Shown here in pieces: positions 28,088-40,591 of a DNA stretch of 64,000 nucleotides (the first letter of the stretch is position 1; the number at the start of each line of letters is the position of its first letter). This DNA comes from Eledone cirrhosa (Eukaryota). Both the position numbers and the translations under genes were made by a program. Under the pieces are notes generated by a model that saw only the letters and a list, made by a program, of their open reading frames with translations, was not told the DNA's origin and ran no database searches. Where the stretch lies: positions 248,434,001-248,498,000 of the forward strand of contig OZ024741.1 of NCBI GenBank assembly GCA_964016885.1, written 5' to 3'.

Positions 28088-31000
28088 AATGTGAGTGACA
28101 GACCATACAACACTAGAGTCAGTAAAGAACCCACTAAATTGGAATTGGAAGCGGTGAACGAAATAGCTGGCAGTTATCTGAAGGCTATACGATCTAAAGG
28201 TGTAGAAACGACATTTGAAACGCTTAATGTTTTGTTATATGTTTCAGCTGTCACATTGCTATCATATAACACACATCTAAAACCACGCAATCGAGATACA
28301 AGCAGAAAGCCTGAACCAGCGTGGATGCGAAATTTAAAAACCAAAATTTTGTCCCTTAGACGAAGTATCTCACACATCGCAGTCGTTATGAAATGCAACA
28401 TAGAGAGCAACTTCACACGACACCAGGAAGACCTAAAGAAAAAGTTAGAGAGACGATTTGGAGATACAAAATTTAAAACTTTGAACTCCAAATTACACCA
28501 GTTGAAACAGCAACTCACAGCTACAACAGAAAGACTAAAATATAAGTCAACAGCACATAAACAACAAGTGCTAAATAGAATGTTTGCCAGAGATCCTAAA
28601 TAAGTTTATCGCAGCTTCGGTGGCAAAAGCTCAATCTCTGTAAATGACACCCCTTCAAAAGAACAGGTTGAGAGCTACTGGAGATCTGTATGGGAAACGG
28701 ATGACGGATTCAACAGACAAGCTAATTGGCTAAAAGAACTGGAACAGGACTACTGTCAACATGTCCAGACAAAACAATATGACATAGATGGGTCAATACT
28801 GGAAACAGCTCTACAGAAAATGTCGGATAGGAAATCGCCAGGCCCAGACCTCATTACAGGATACTGGTTGAAGAATTTCACTTTCTATCGGCAAGATCTC
28901 ATACGGCTGTTTACAGAAACCATTAAGGGCACACAAGAACTGCCCAGATGGTTATCAACTGCCTCTACTCTCCTCATTCCCCAAAATAGCCAAACCACCC
29001 TTGCTAAAAATTACCGCCCAATTGCCTGCCAAAACATCATGTATAAATTATATACTGGGTGCCTTAACCTGTTCTTACAGGATCACTGTGCTACCAACAA
29101 CATCATAACAGCTGAGCAAGCTGGTGGAAAGAGGGAGGTGTGGGGTTGCATAGATCACCTACTAACTAACAAAATGATTCAGGAAAAAACAACAAAGAAT
29201 CGCAGAAACATGACTGTCGTGTGGCTGGACTATCAAAAAGCATTTGATAGTGTACCTCATGGGTGGATTGTTAAGGCTTTACAGTTAGCTAAAGTCCCAC
29301 AACCATTGGTAGCTGCTGTTGAACGCCTGACCAAGAACTGGTACACCAGTTTGATCCTTAGAGGTGAGAAGGAGCAGGTTAAGACTGATAAGATACATTA
29401 CCAGAAGGGCATCTTTCAGGGTGATAGCTTGTCAGTGCTACTCTTCGTTCTCTCACTGAATCCACTATCTTACCTACTCAGGAAACAAGGTGGACAAAGA
29501 AGTGGGCCCAGAAGTATCTCCCATCTTTTCTTTGTTGATGACCTGAAGTTGTATGGGCCAAATATCAATGACATCAAGAAACAATTGGACCTCATTACAC
29601 AATTTTCAACCGACATCAAAATGAAATTTGGTGAGTCCAAGTGTGCATATTTGGCAGTAAAACGTGGAAGAGCTGTGCCCTCCTCTAGAAATCTAGATAT
29701 GAACGGCCTGACAATACAACCTCTGCAGTCAGGTGACAACTACAGATATCTTGGACAGGATGAGAATGTCAGATATGATGGACCCATAAATAAGGAGAGA
29801 ACCAGAACTGAATACCTCAGAAGAGTAAAAAAAATATGGTCATCAGAACTGTCAGCATACAACAAATACATTGCCCACAATACCTATGCTGTGCCAATTC
29901 TAACGCCAACATTTGGCCTACTGAACTGGTCATTGCAAGAACTAAGTGAGATGGATGTTAGAACTCGCAAACTTCTCAGTGTTACTGGGAACTTTAACAT
30001 CAATGGTGATGTGGATAGGCTATACTTCTCACGCAAGGAAGGTGGCCGGGGTCTAAAATCAATATTAACAACATATGAGACCCGGATAGTAACACTGAAG
30101 CAACACCTTCAACAGAGGAAAAAGGTTGGCGACCATCTTGCTCAGGTTTATGAGCATGAAAAAAGAAATATCATTAGAATAGCGACTGATCTGGAGGAGA
30201 GATATGGAATAAAGCCTGATATAAATCTCTCACCCAGAGAAATCGGAAGATCCTATTCAATGTTCAAACAAGAAAAAAAAATTGACCAATTTACAGAGAA
30301 AGTTGTGCATGGATACTTGAGGCGTAAAACACAGACCATAGAGGGGATAAACCACTCAAAAAGCCTGGCATGGAGTTCCGACAAGTTTATGACATCACAC
30401 CTTGAGGGATATCTCTATGCAATACAGGAACAAGAACTCCCTACCAAATATCTGCTGCACAAAAGAGGAGGGCCAGCAGCTGACAATAAATGTAGGCTAT
30501 GTAAAACAAAGATCGAGGATGTAAGCCACATTGTTGCCAGCTGCGAAAGAATGTCATCTCGCTACTACCTCCCCATGAGACACGATGGGATAGCTAGAAC
30601 TATCTGGAACGCACTTCGGAAAACAAAATTAACAACAAACGAGGAAGAATATATTGAGACAGATGGCACTAAGGAATACTGGTGGAACCTGAAAATAAAA
30701 ACTGCCACCAAATTAAAGCACAACCGGCCTGATATTGTAGTTTGGGACCACACATTGAAAACGTGTTCTGTTGTGGAGATCAGCTGCCCACTTGATGTAA
30801 ACGTTGTCAGAAAAATACAGGAGAAGGAGGACATCTACGGACCATTGATGAGGAGCTTACAAATCCAGTATCCAAGATACACCTTTAGCTTCATACCCAT
30901 CATTATTGGTGCTACGGACTATATACCAACCCGCTTGGACCAAAGTATGACCGAACTTGGATTTGCGGACAAAAAGCGCAGCTCCCTAATTCATAGTCTA

Positions 31001-31145
31001 CAAATGGCTGCGATAGCTGGCACCTTCAAAATATGCAAAACATTCTTGCGATTCAAGGCATGACAATTTCTTTTCTTTTACAACCTTGCCACCAGGAAGG
31101 TGGCCGGTCAAAAAAAATATACTCGAAATTAAGAGAAAGAGAAAA
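28088..31145 (+). mobile_element. R4/Dong-like retrotransposon, copy D (residual ORF 28820-31063)
   Basis: Same truncation and stop; spacer one CATA unit longer (period 3095). Confidence 0.9.
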
Positions 31146-31178
31146 CATACATACATACATACATACATACATACATAC

Positions 31179-33850
31179 AATGTGAGTGACAGACCATACA
31201 ACACTAGAGTCAGTAAAGAACCCACTAAATTGGAATTGGAAGCGGTGAACGAAATAGCTGGCAGTTATCTGAAGGCTATACGATCTAAAGGTGTAGAAAC
31301 GACATTTGAAACGCTTAATGTTTTGTTATATGTTTCAGCTGTCACATTGCTATCATATAACACACATCTAAAACCACGCAATCGAGATACAAGCAGAAAG
31401 CCTGAACCAGCGTGGATGCGAAATTTAAAAACCAAAATTTTGTCCCTTAGACGAAGTATCTCACACATCGCAGTCGTTATGAAATGCAACATAGAGAGCA
31501 ACTTCACACGACACCAGGAAGACCTAAAGAAAAAGTTAGAGAGACGATTTGGAGATACAAAATTTAAAACTTTGAACTCCAAATTACACCAGTTGAAACA
31601 GCAACTCACAGCTACAACAGAAAGACTAAAATATAAGTCAACAGCACATAAACAACAAGTGCTAAATAGAATGTTTGCCAGAGATCCTAAATAAGTTTAT
31701 CGCAGCTTCGGTGGCAAAAGCTCAATCTCTGTAAATGACACCCCTTCAAAAGAACAGGTTGAGAGCTACTGGAGATCTGTATGGGAAACGGATGACGGAT
31801 TCAACAGACAAGCTAATTGGCTAAAAGAACTGGAACAGGACTACTGTCAACATGTCCAGACAAAACAATATGACATAGATGGGTCAATACTGGAAACAGC
31901 TCTACAGAAAATGTCGGATAGGAAATCGCCAGGCCCAGACCTCATTACAGGATACTGGTTGAAGAATTTCACTTTCTATCGGCAAGATCTCATACGGCTG
32001 TTTACAGAAACCATTAAGGGCACACAAGAACTGCCCAGATGGTTATCAACTGCCTCTACTCTCCTCATTCCCCAAAATAGCCAAACCACCCTTGCTAAAA
32101 ATTACCGCCCAATTGCCTGCCAAAACATCATGTATAAATTATATACTGGGTGCCTTAACCTGTTCTTACAGGATCACTGTGCTACCAACAACATCATAAC
32201 AGCTGAGCAAGCTGGTGGAAAGAGGGAGGTGTGGGGTTGCATAGATCACCTACTAACTAACAAAATGATTCAGGAAAAAACAACAAAGAATCGCAGAAAC
32301 ATGACTGTCGTGTGGCTGGACTATCAAAAAGCATTTGATAGTGTACCTCATGGGTGGATTGTTAAGGCTTTACAGTTAGCTAAAGTCCCACAACCATTGG
32401 TAGCTGCTGTTGAACGCCTGACCAAGAACTGGTACACCAGTTTGATCCTTAGAGGTGAGAAGGAGCAGGTTAAGACTGATAAGATACATTACCAGAAGGG
32501 CATCTTTCAGGGTGATAGCTTGTCAGTGCTACTCTTCGTTCTCTCACTGAATCCACTATCTTACCTACTCAGGAAACAAGGTGGACAAAGAAGTGGGCCC
32601 AGAAGTATCTCCCATCTTTTCTTTGTTGATGACCTGAAGTTGTATGGGCCAAATATCAATGACATCAAGAAACAATTGGACCTCATTACACAATTTTCAA
32701 CCGACATCAAAATGAAATTTGGTGAGTCCAAGTGTGCATATTTGGCAGTAAAACGTGGAAGAGCTGTGCCCTCCTCTAGAAATCTAGAGATGAACGGCCT
32801 GACAATACAACCTCTGCAGTCAGGTGACAACTACAGATATCTTGGACAGGATGAGAATGTCAGATATGATGAACCCATAAATAAGGAGAGAACCAGAACT
32901 GAATACCTCAGAAGAGTAAAGAAAATATGGTCATCAGAACTGTCAGCATACAACAAACACATTGCCCACAATACTTATGCTGTGCCAATTCTAACGCCAA
33001 CATTTGGCCTACTGAACTGGTCATTGCAAGAACTAAGTGAGATGGATGTTAGAACTCGCAAACTTCTCAGTGTTACTGGGAACTTTAACATCAATGGTGA
33101 TGTGGATAGGCTATACTTCTCACGCAAGGAAGGTGGCCGGGGTCTAAAATCAATATTAACAACATATGAGACCCGGATAGTAACACTGAAGCAACACCTT
33201 CAACAGAGGAAAAAGGTTGGCAACCATCTTGCCCAGGTTTATGACCATGAAAAAAGAAATATCATTAGAATAGCGACTGATCTGGAGGAGAGATATGGAA
33301 TAAAGCCTGATATAAATCTCTCACCCAGAGAAATCGGAAGATCCTATTCAATGTTCAAACAAGATAAAAAAATTGACCAATTTACAGAAAAAGTTGTGCA
33401 TGGATACTTGAGGCGTAAAACACAGACCATAGAGGGGATAAACCACTCAAAAAGCCTGGCATGGAATTCCGACACGTTTATGACATCACACATTGAGGGA
33501 TATCTCTATGCAATACAGGAACAAGAACTCCCTACCAAATATCTGCTGCACAAAAGTGGAGGGCCAGCAGCTGACAATAAATGTAGGCTATGTAAAACAA
33601 AGATCGAGGATGTAAGCCACATTGTTGCCAGCTGCGAAAGAATGTCATCTCGCTACTACCTCCCCATGAGACACGATGGGATAGCTAGAACCATCTGGAA
33701 CGCACTTCGGAAAACAAAATTAACAACAAACGAGGAAGAATATATTGAGACAGATGGCACTAAGGAATACTGGTGGAACCTGAAAATAAAAACTGCCACC
33801 AAATTAAAGCACAACCGGCCTGATATTTTTGTTTGGGACCACACATTGAA
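31179..33850 (+). mobile_element. R4/Dong-like retrotransposon, copy E, 5'- and 3'-truncated
   Basis: Same 5' end as B-D; more diverged 3' half; breaks after NRPDIFVWDHTL into (CATA)n. Confidence 0.9.
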
Positions 33851-34354
33851 CATGCGTACATACATACATACATGCGTACATACATACATACATGCGTACA
33901 TACATACATACATACATACATACATACATACATACATACATACATACATACATACATACATACATACATACATGCGTACATACATACATACATACATACA
34001 TATATACATACATACATGCATGCATACATACATACATACATACATACATACATACATACATACATACATGCGTACATACATGCATACATGCGTACATACA
34101 TACATACATACATACATGCGTACAAACATACATACATACATATATACATATACATACATATATACATACGTACATAAATACATGCGTACATACATACATA
34201 CATACATACATACATACATACATACATGCGTACATACATACATACATACATACATACATACATACATACATACATACATACATGCGTACATACATACATA
34301 CATACATACATACATACATACATACATACATACATACATACATGCGTACATACA
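33851..34354. repeat. (CATA)n microsatellite with CATGCGTA variants
   Basis: Direct sequence. Confidence 0.95.
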
Positions 34355-34962
34355 TGGTGGCTGCCAATTCGTTTTCGAGTACGGCCACTACTTTATATCC
34401 ATGTAGGAGAACTCCTACCGATGCGCTGAACGAGTGTGACTTTTTAGTCCAGCCAGCGACTTGAAAACTCTGGTACAAACACTACACTTGTGATATTGTT
34501 GACACATAGTGCTGGGCCCATATTACCATGTGACGACAAGTGCAGAGAGATCTCCAGATATAAAAAAATGCCTGTGCCGTGAAGCTTTTATAGTGAGCAA
34601 AGGCACTGCACAAAGCCAGTCCCACTCTCTTAACCAAGATGATATTTACCAAAAAGAAGAACAAGTCAACATCATTGGATACCATCAGAGTTGCAGGTGC
34701 TATATCAGAGTTTTCCTTCTCCTAGAATTCTGCCTTGACAAAGGCTAAGGGGTCATCTCTCCCGGTGATTTTGGATGGCCATTGACTCTTAAGAGCTCCT
34801 TTGCCCTTTAACAGGTTTTGTTTTTAGTCCTGCAGGATGTCCAAAGTCACCATCCTCACCAAGAAACCTTGGTGGGGTTGCCAGTTTAGTCGCCAACGAC
34901 CCGACCATGAGACAGGTTGTACTGGGATACATGTTACCAGTAGCACCAACTGGTGACCTGAC
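34355..34962 (-). mobile_element. RTE-derived non-autonomous element, full-length copy
   Basis: Reverse complement of 6124-6739 at high identity. Confidence 0.8.
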
Positions 34963-35270
34963 ATGTATGTATGTATGTATGTATGTATGTATGTATGTAT
35001 GTATGTATGTATGTATGTATGTATGTATGTATGTACGCATGTATGTATGTATGTATGTACGCATGTATGTATGTATGTATGTATATATGTATGTATGTAT
35101 ATATGTATGTATGTACGCATGTATATACATACATACATGCGTACATACATACATATATACATACATATATACATACATACATACATACATACATACATAC
35201 GTACATACATACATACATACATACATACATACATACATACATACATACATACATGCGTACATACATACAT
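34963..35270. repeat. Inverted microsatellite: (TATG)n followed by (CATA)n
   Basis: Orientation switches at ~35125. Confidence 0.9.
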
Positions 35271-38200
35271 CATACAATGGCGACCGTTGTGGTCAGTGTC
35301 CGATAATTGGACGTGTGTAATTACGGCTTACATGAAGGCAACATACCATATATTGGAAAAAGTTGAGCTACATTACGCGGTAAGATTACATACAATAATT
35401 CTACATAAGTGTTTGAACTTTAAGTGTGTTGTAAAACACCTATTTATATGAACGATACATACACTTATGATATATGAACGATACATACACTTTAACATAT
35501 AAATGCAACGTTGTTATATTACATTTATAAAGAAATATAAAAGTAACGTTTTCGATTCAGAAACAAAAATATAAGTGTTTGAACTGTGAATGTTGTGAAT
35601 ATGTTGTAGAACACCTATTTATATGAATGATACATAAACTTTAACATATAAATACAGCATTGTTATATTATATTACATTCGTAAAGGAATATACTAAGTA
35701 ACGGTTCTTTTTGTTCTCGATTCAAACGATTCAAGAACAACGTTTAAAACACAGTTGTAGAATTAAAAACTAACTGAAAAGAAATATTACCCAAGCTGTG
35801 AATAACTTTAAATTTGATTCTGACAGAACTTTGTCGTAACTTTTAAAGAAGATCATCGACTATTTAAAAAAAATAAATACAAAATATTAGTGAATAGACG
35901 AACTCATCATGGCAAAAAGTACAAGTCTCCTTCGACCAAATCGCAATTACAACCGTTGTATACAGTGGAGCTACGAGCTTAACAAAGAATTATATGAAGC
36001 ATACAAACAATCTGAACCCCAAAAGTTCGGTTTTATGCAAAGGCTAAAAACTTTATGGAACTCCAAACACCCAGAATTAGACTTTTCTCCAAAGCATCTA
36101 AATGAACAGGCAAAACGTATCATTAGATGTAAATTGATACATCTAACGGAATCGAGTGATACTACAAATACAGCCCTTGTAGACAACCACCCCACCTCCA
36201 CTGACAGACAAAGAGAATGGCCGGCTAAATCTAACAGTGAACAGCTCACCAACAATTTTGCTGAAATCCATCCCACTTCCACTGAAGAACAGCGAGAAAG
36301 GTCAGCTGACTCTAGTAGTAATTGTCACCACATCAACAACGAGGCTGCAATTCATGACTCTACTGAACAAACAGAGCACCAAAAACTTGTGGGCACCCTA
36401 CAAGTGATATGGAACGATATGTTTCAAGAGATACACAGCCTTAATGTGAGTGACAGACCATACAACACTAGAGTCAGTAAAGAACCCACTAAATTGGAAT
36501 TGGAAGCGGTGAACGAAATAGCTGGCAATTATCTGAAGGCTATACGATCTAAAGGTGTAGAAACGACATTTGAAACGCTCAATGTTTTGTTATATGTTTC
36601 AGCTGTCACATTGCTATCATATAACACACATCTAAAACCACGCAATCAAGATACAAACAGAAAGCCTGAACCAGCGTGGATGCGAAATTTAAAAACCAAA
36701 ATTTTGTCCCTGAGACGAAGTATCTCACACATCGCAGTCGTTATGAAATGCAACATAGAGAGAAACTTCACACGACACCAGGAAGACCTAAAGAAAAAGT
36801 TAGAGAGACGATTTGGAGATACCAAATTTAAAACTTTGAACTCCAAATTACACCAGTTGAAACAACAACTCACAGCTACAACAGAAAGACTAAAATATAA
36901 GTCAACAGCCCATAAACGACAAGTGCTAAATAGATTGTTTGCCAGAGATCCTAAATCAGTTTATCGCAGCTTCGGTGGCAAAAGCTCAATCCCTGTAAAC
37001 GACACCCCTTCAAAAGAACAGGTTGAGAACTACTGGAGATCTGTATGGGAAACGGATGACGGATTCAACAGACAAGCTAATTGGCTAAAACAACTGGAAC
37101 AGGACTACTGCCAACATGTCCAGACAAAACAATATGACATAGATGGGTCAATACTGGAAACAGCTCTACAGAAAATGTCGAATAGGAAATCGCCAGGCCC
37201 AGACCTCATTACAGGATACTGGTTGAAGAATTTCACTTTCTATCGGCAAGATCTCATACGGCTGTTTACAGAAACCATTAAGGGCACACAAGAACTGCCC
37301 AGATGGTTATCAACTGCCACTACTCTCCTCATTCCCAAAAATAGCCAAACCACCCTTGCTAAAAATTACCGCCCAATTGCCTGCCAAAACTTCATGTATA
37401 AATTATATACTGGGTGCCTTAACCTGTTCTTACAGGATCACTGTGCTACCAACAACATCATAACACCTGAGCAAGCTGGTGGAAAGAGGGAGGTGTGGGG
37501 TTGCATAGATCACCTACTAACTAACAAAATGATTCAGGAAAAAACAACAAAGAATCGCAGAAACATGACTGTCGTGTGGCTGGACTATCAAAAAGCATTT
37601 GATAGTGTACCTCATGGGTGGATTATTAAGGCTTTACAGTTAGCTAAAGTCCCACAACCATTAGTAGCTGCTGTTGAACGCCTGACCAAGAACTGGTACA
37701 CCAATTTGATCCTTAGAGGTGAGAAGGAGCAGGTTAAGACTGATAGGATACATTACCAGAAGGGCATCTTTCAGGGTGATAGCTTGTCAGTACTACTCTT
37801 CGTTCTCTCACTGAATCCACTATCTTACCTACTCAGGAAACAAGGTGGACAAAGAAGTGGGCCCAGAAGTATCTCCCATCTTTTCTTTGTTGATGACCTG
37901 AAGTTGTATGGGCCAAATATCAATGACATCAAGAAACAATTGGACCTCATTACACAATTTTCAACCGACATCAAAATGAAATTTGGTGAGTCCAAGTGTG
38001 CATATTTGGCAGTAAAACGTGGAAGAGCTGTGCCCTCCTCTAGAAATCTAGATATGAACGGCCTGACAATACAACCTCTGCAGTCAGGTGACAACTACAG
38101 ATATCTTGGACAGGATGAGAATGTCAGATATGATGGACCCATAAATAAGGAGAGAACCAGAACTGAATACCTCAGAAGAGTAAAAAAAATATGGTCATCA

Positions 38201-39499
38201 GAACTGTCAGCATACAACAAATACATTGCCCACAATACCTATGCTGTGCCAATTATAACGCCAACATTTGGCCTACTGAACTGGTCATTGCAAGAACTAA
38301 GTGAGATGGATGTTAGAACTCGTAAACTTCTCAGTGTTACTGGGAACTTTAACATCAATGGTGATGTGGATAGGCTATACTTCTCACGCAAGGAAGGTGG
38401 CCGGGGTCTAAAATCAATATTAACAACATATGAGACCCGGATAGTAACACTGAAGCAACACCTTCAACAGAGGAAAAAGGTTGGCGACCATCTTGCTCAG
38501 GTTTATGAGCATGAAAAAAGAAATATCATTAGAATAGCGACTGATCTGGAGGAGAGATATGGAATAAAGCCTGATATAAATCTCTCACCCAGAGAAATCG
38601 GAAGATCCTATTCAATGTTCAAACAAGAAAAAAAAATTGACCAATTTACAGAGAAAGTTGTGCATGGATACTTGAGGCGTAAAACACAGACCATAGAGGG
38701 GATAAACCACTCAAAAAGCCTGGCATGGAGTTCCGACAAGTTTATGACATCACACCTTGAGGGATATCTCTATGCAATACAGGAACAAGAACTCCCTACC
38801 AAATATCTGCTGCACAAAAGAGGAGGGCCAGCAGCTGACAATAAATGTAGGCTATGTAAAACAAAGATCGAGGATGTAAGCCACATTGTTGCCAGCTGCG
38901 AAAGAATGTCATCTCGCTACTACCTCCCCATGAGACACGATGGGATAGCTAGAACTATCTGGAACGCACTTCGGAAAACAAAATTAACAACAAACGAGGA
39001 AGAATATATTGAGACAGATGGCACTAAGGAATACTGGTGGAACCTGAAAATAAAAACTGCCACCAAATTAAAGCACAACCGGCCTGATATTGTAGTTTGG
39101 GACCACACATTGAAAACGTGTTCTGTTGTGGAGATCAGCTGCCCACTTGATGTAAACGTTGTCAGAAAAATACAGGAGAAGGAGGACATCTACGGACCAT
39201 TGATGAGGAGCTTACAAATCCAGTATCCAAGATACACCTTTAGCTTCATACCCATCATTATTGGTGCTACGGGTTATATACCAACCCGCTTGGACCAAAG
39301 TATGACCGAACTTGGATTTGCGGACAAAAAGCGCAGCTCCCTAATTCATAGTCTACAAATGGCTGCGATAGCTGGCACCTTCAAAATATGCAAAACATTC
39401 TTGCGATTCAAGGGATGACAATTTCTTTTCTTTTACAACCTTGCCACCAGGAAGGTGGCCGGTCAAAAAAATATACTCGAAATTAAGAGAAAGAGAAAA
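35271..39499 (+). mobile_element. Full-length R4/Dong-like non-LTR retrotransposon inserted in (CATA)n (copy F)
   Basis: ~640-bp 5' UTR, single intact ORF, 81-bp 3' UTR without poly(A), (CATA)n on both sides. Confidence 0.92.
35909..39418 (+). CDS. 1169-aa reverse transcriptase / CCHC / restriction-like endonuclease (RLE) polyprotein, R4-clade-like
   Basis: Uninterrupted ORF. N-terminal QWSYELNKELYEAY motif; KSPGPD, YRPIAC, DYQKAFDSV, GIFQGDSLS, FVDDLK; CRLC..HIVASC, RHD, NRPDIVV, VEISCP, KEDIY. Confidence 0.93.
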   Translation: MAKSTSLLRPNRNYNRCIQWSYELNKELYEAYKQSEPQKFGFMQRLKTLWNSKHPELDFSPKHLNEQAKRIIRCKLIHLTESSDTTNTALVDNHPTSTDRQREWPAKSNSEQLTNNFAEIHPTSTEEQRERSADSSSNCHHINNEAAIHDSTEQTEHQKLVGTLQVIWNDMFQEIHSLNVSDRPYNTRVSKEPTKLELEAVNEIAGNYLKAIRSKGVETTFETLNVLLYVSAVTLLSYNTHLKPRNQDTNRKPEPAWMRNLKTKILSLRRSISHIAVVMKCNIERNFTRHQEDLKKKLERRFGDTKFKTLNSKLHQLKQQLTATTERLKYKSTAHKRQVLNRLFARDPKSVYRSFGGKSSIPVNDTPSKEQVENYWRSVWETDDGFNRQANWLKQLEQDYCQHVQTKQYDIDGSILETALQKMSNRKSPGPDLITGYWLKNFTFYRQDLIRLFTETIKGTQELPRWLSTATTLLIPKNSQTTLAKNYRPIACQNFMYKLYTGCLNLFLQDHCATNNIITPEQAGGKREVWGCIDHLLTNKMIQEKTTKNRRNMTVVWLDYQKAFDSVPHGWIIKALQLAKVPQPLVAAVERLTKNWYTNLILRGEKEQVKTDRIHYQKGIFQGDSLSVLLFVLSLNPLSYLLRKQGGQRSGPRSISHLFFVDDLKLYGPNINDIKKQLDLITQFSTDIKMKFGESKCAYLAVKRGRAVPSSRNLDMNGLTIQPLQSGDNYRYLGQDENVRYDGPINKERTRTEYLRRVKKIWSSELSAYNKYIAHNTYAVPIITPTFGLLNWSLQELSEMDVRTRKLLSVTGNFNINGDVDRLYFSRKEGGRGLKSILTTYETRIVTLKQHLQQRKKVGDHLAQVYEHEKRNIIRIATDLEERYGIKPDINLSPREIGRSYSMFKQEKKIDQFTEKVVHGYLRRKTQTIEGINHSKSLAWSSDKFMTSHLEGYLYAIQEQELPTKYLLHKRGGPAADNKCRLCKTKIEDVSHIVASCERMSSRYYLPMRHDGIARTIWNALRKTKLTTNEEEYIETDGTKEYWWNLKIKTATKLKHNRPDIVVWDHTLKTCSVVEISCPLDVNVVRKIQEKEDIYGPLMRSLQIQYPRYTFSFIPIIIGATGYIPTRLDQSMTELGFADKKRSSLIHSLQMAAIAGTFKICKTFLRFKG

Positions 39500-39551
39500 C
39501 ACATACATGCGTACATACATACATACATGCGTACATACATACATACATGCG

Positions 39552-39585
<34 letters not shown>

Positions 39586-39600
39586 CATACGTACGTACAT
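39500..39600. repeat. (CATA)n 3' flank
   Basis: Direct sequence. Confidence 0.9.
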
Positions 39601-39800
39601 AATGTACATATGAGAGAGAGAGAGAGAGAGAATAGGTACTAACTGCGTGTGTGGAGGGTGTTTTAGATCTATGGGACTGTGTGTGGTTTTAAACGAATAT
39701 ATCAGATAAACTGGAATACGAATAGTGTTTATCTATGTAAATGCTATTAATACAGACAAAAGATAAATATTTACACATATGTGTTTTACACACACACACA

Positions 39801-39861
<61 letters not shown>

Positions 39862-40073
39862 GTGATGTTTTTTTTTTTTTTTGTTTTTTTTTCAAAATGA
39901 AAAATAAGCGAGGTGTCCTACACGAGTGAAAGTATAAAGAAAAATAGATGAAATCGAAAATGCAACTGGAGTCTTATTTTTTTTTAAATATATATATTTA
40001 TTTGGTTCCTTTACCGGTTTCGCAATTCTTCTGCTTTTCGAAAGTAGAGTTGAGATGGAGGGTCTGTGGTTTT

Positions 40074-40120
<47 letters not shown>

Positions 40121-40189
40121 CACATTTATATTTACATATTTACATATTTATATATATATATATACATACATACATACACACACACATGT

Positions 40190-40300
40190 CGTTCAGAGCA
40201 ACAAATTGGATCAACGTGAAATAAAGTGTCTTGCTCAAGGACACAACGCATCACTCAGTCCGAGAATTGAACTCACAACCTCCCGATTGCAAGCCCATAT
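40190..40300 (-). mobile_element. SINE fragment, second tRNA-derived family
   Basis: Minus strand GAGTTCAATTCTC B-box then GTGTCCTTGAGCAAGACACTTTATTTCACG. Confidence 0.55.
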
Positions 40301-40460
40301 ATATATATATATATATTTATATGGTTAAGATCTTTCCTGATAAACTTATATTTATTATACATCGGTTTAAAATAAAGAACTTAATTGTTTGAAAAGGCGC
40401 TAACGCTAAACTCTGAGTAAAGAACTCGGCTTTATATATTCAGTAATGTCTCCACACACA

Positions 40461-40591
<131 letters not shown>

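Noticed and set aside
21902-33850. B-E as four independent retrotransposition events
   Set aside because: An identical truncation point and shared stop codon indicate DNA-level duplication.
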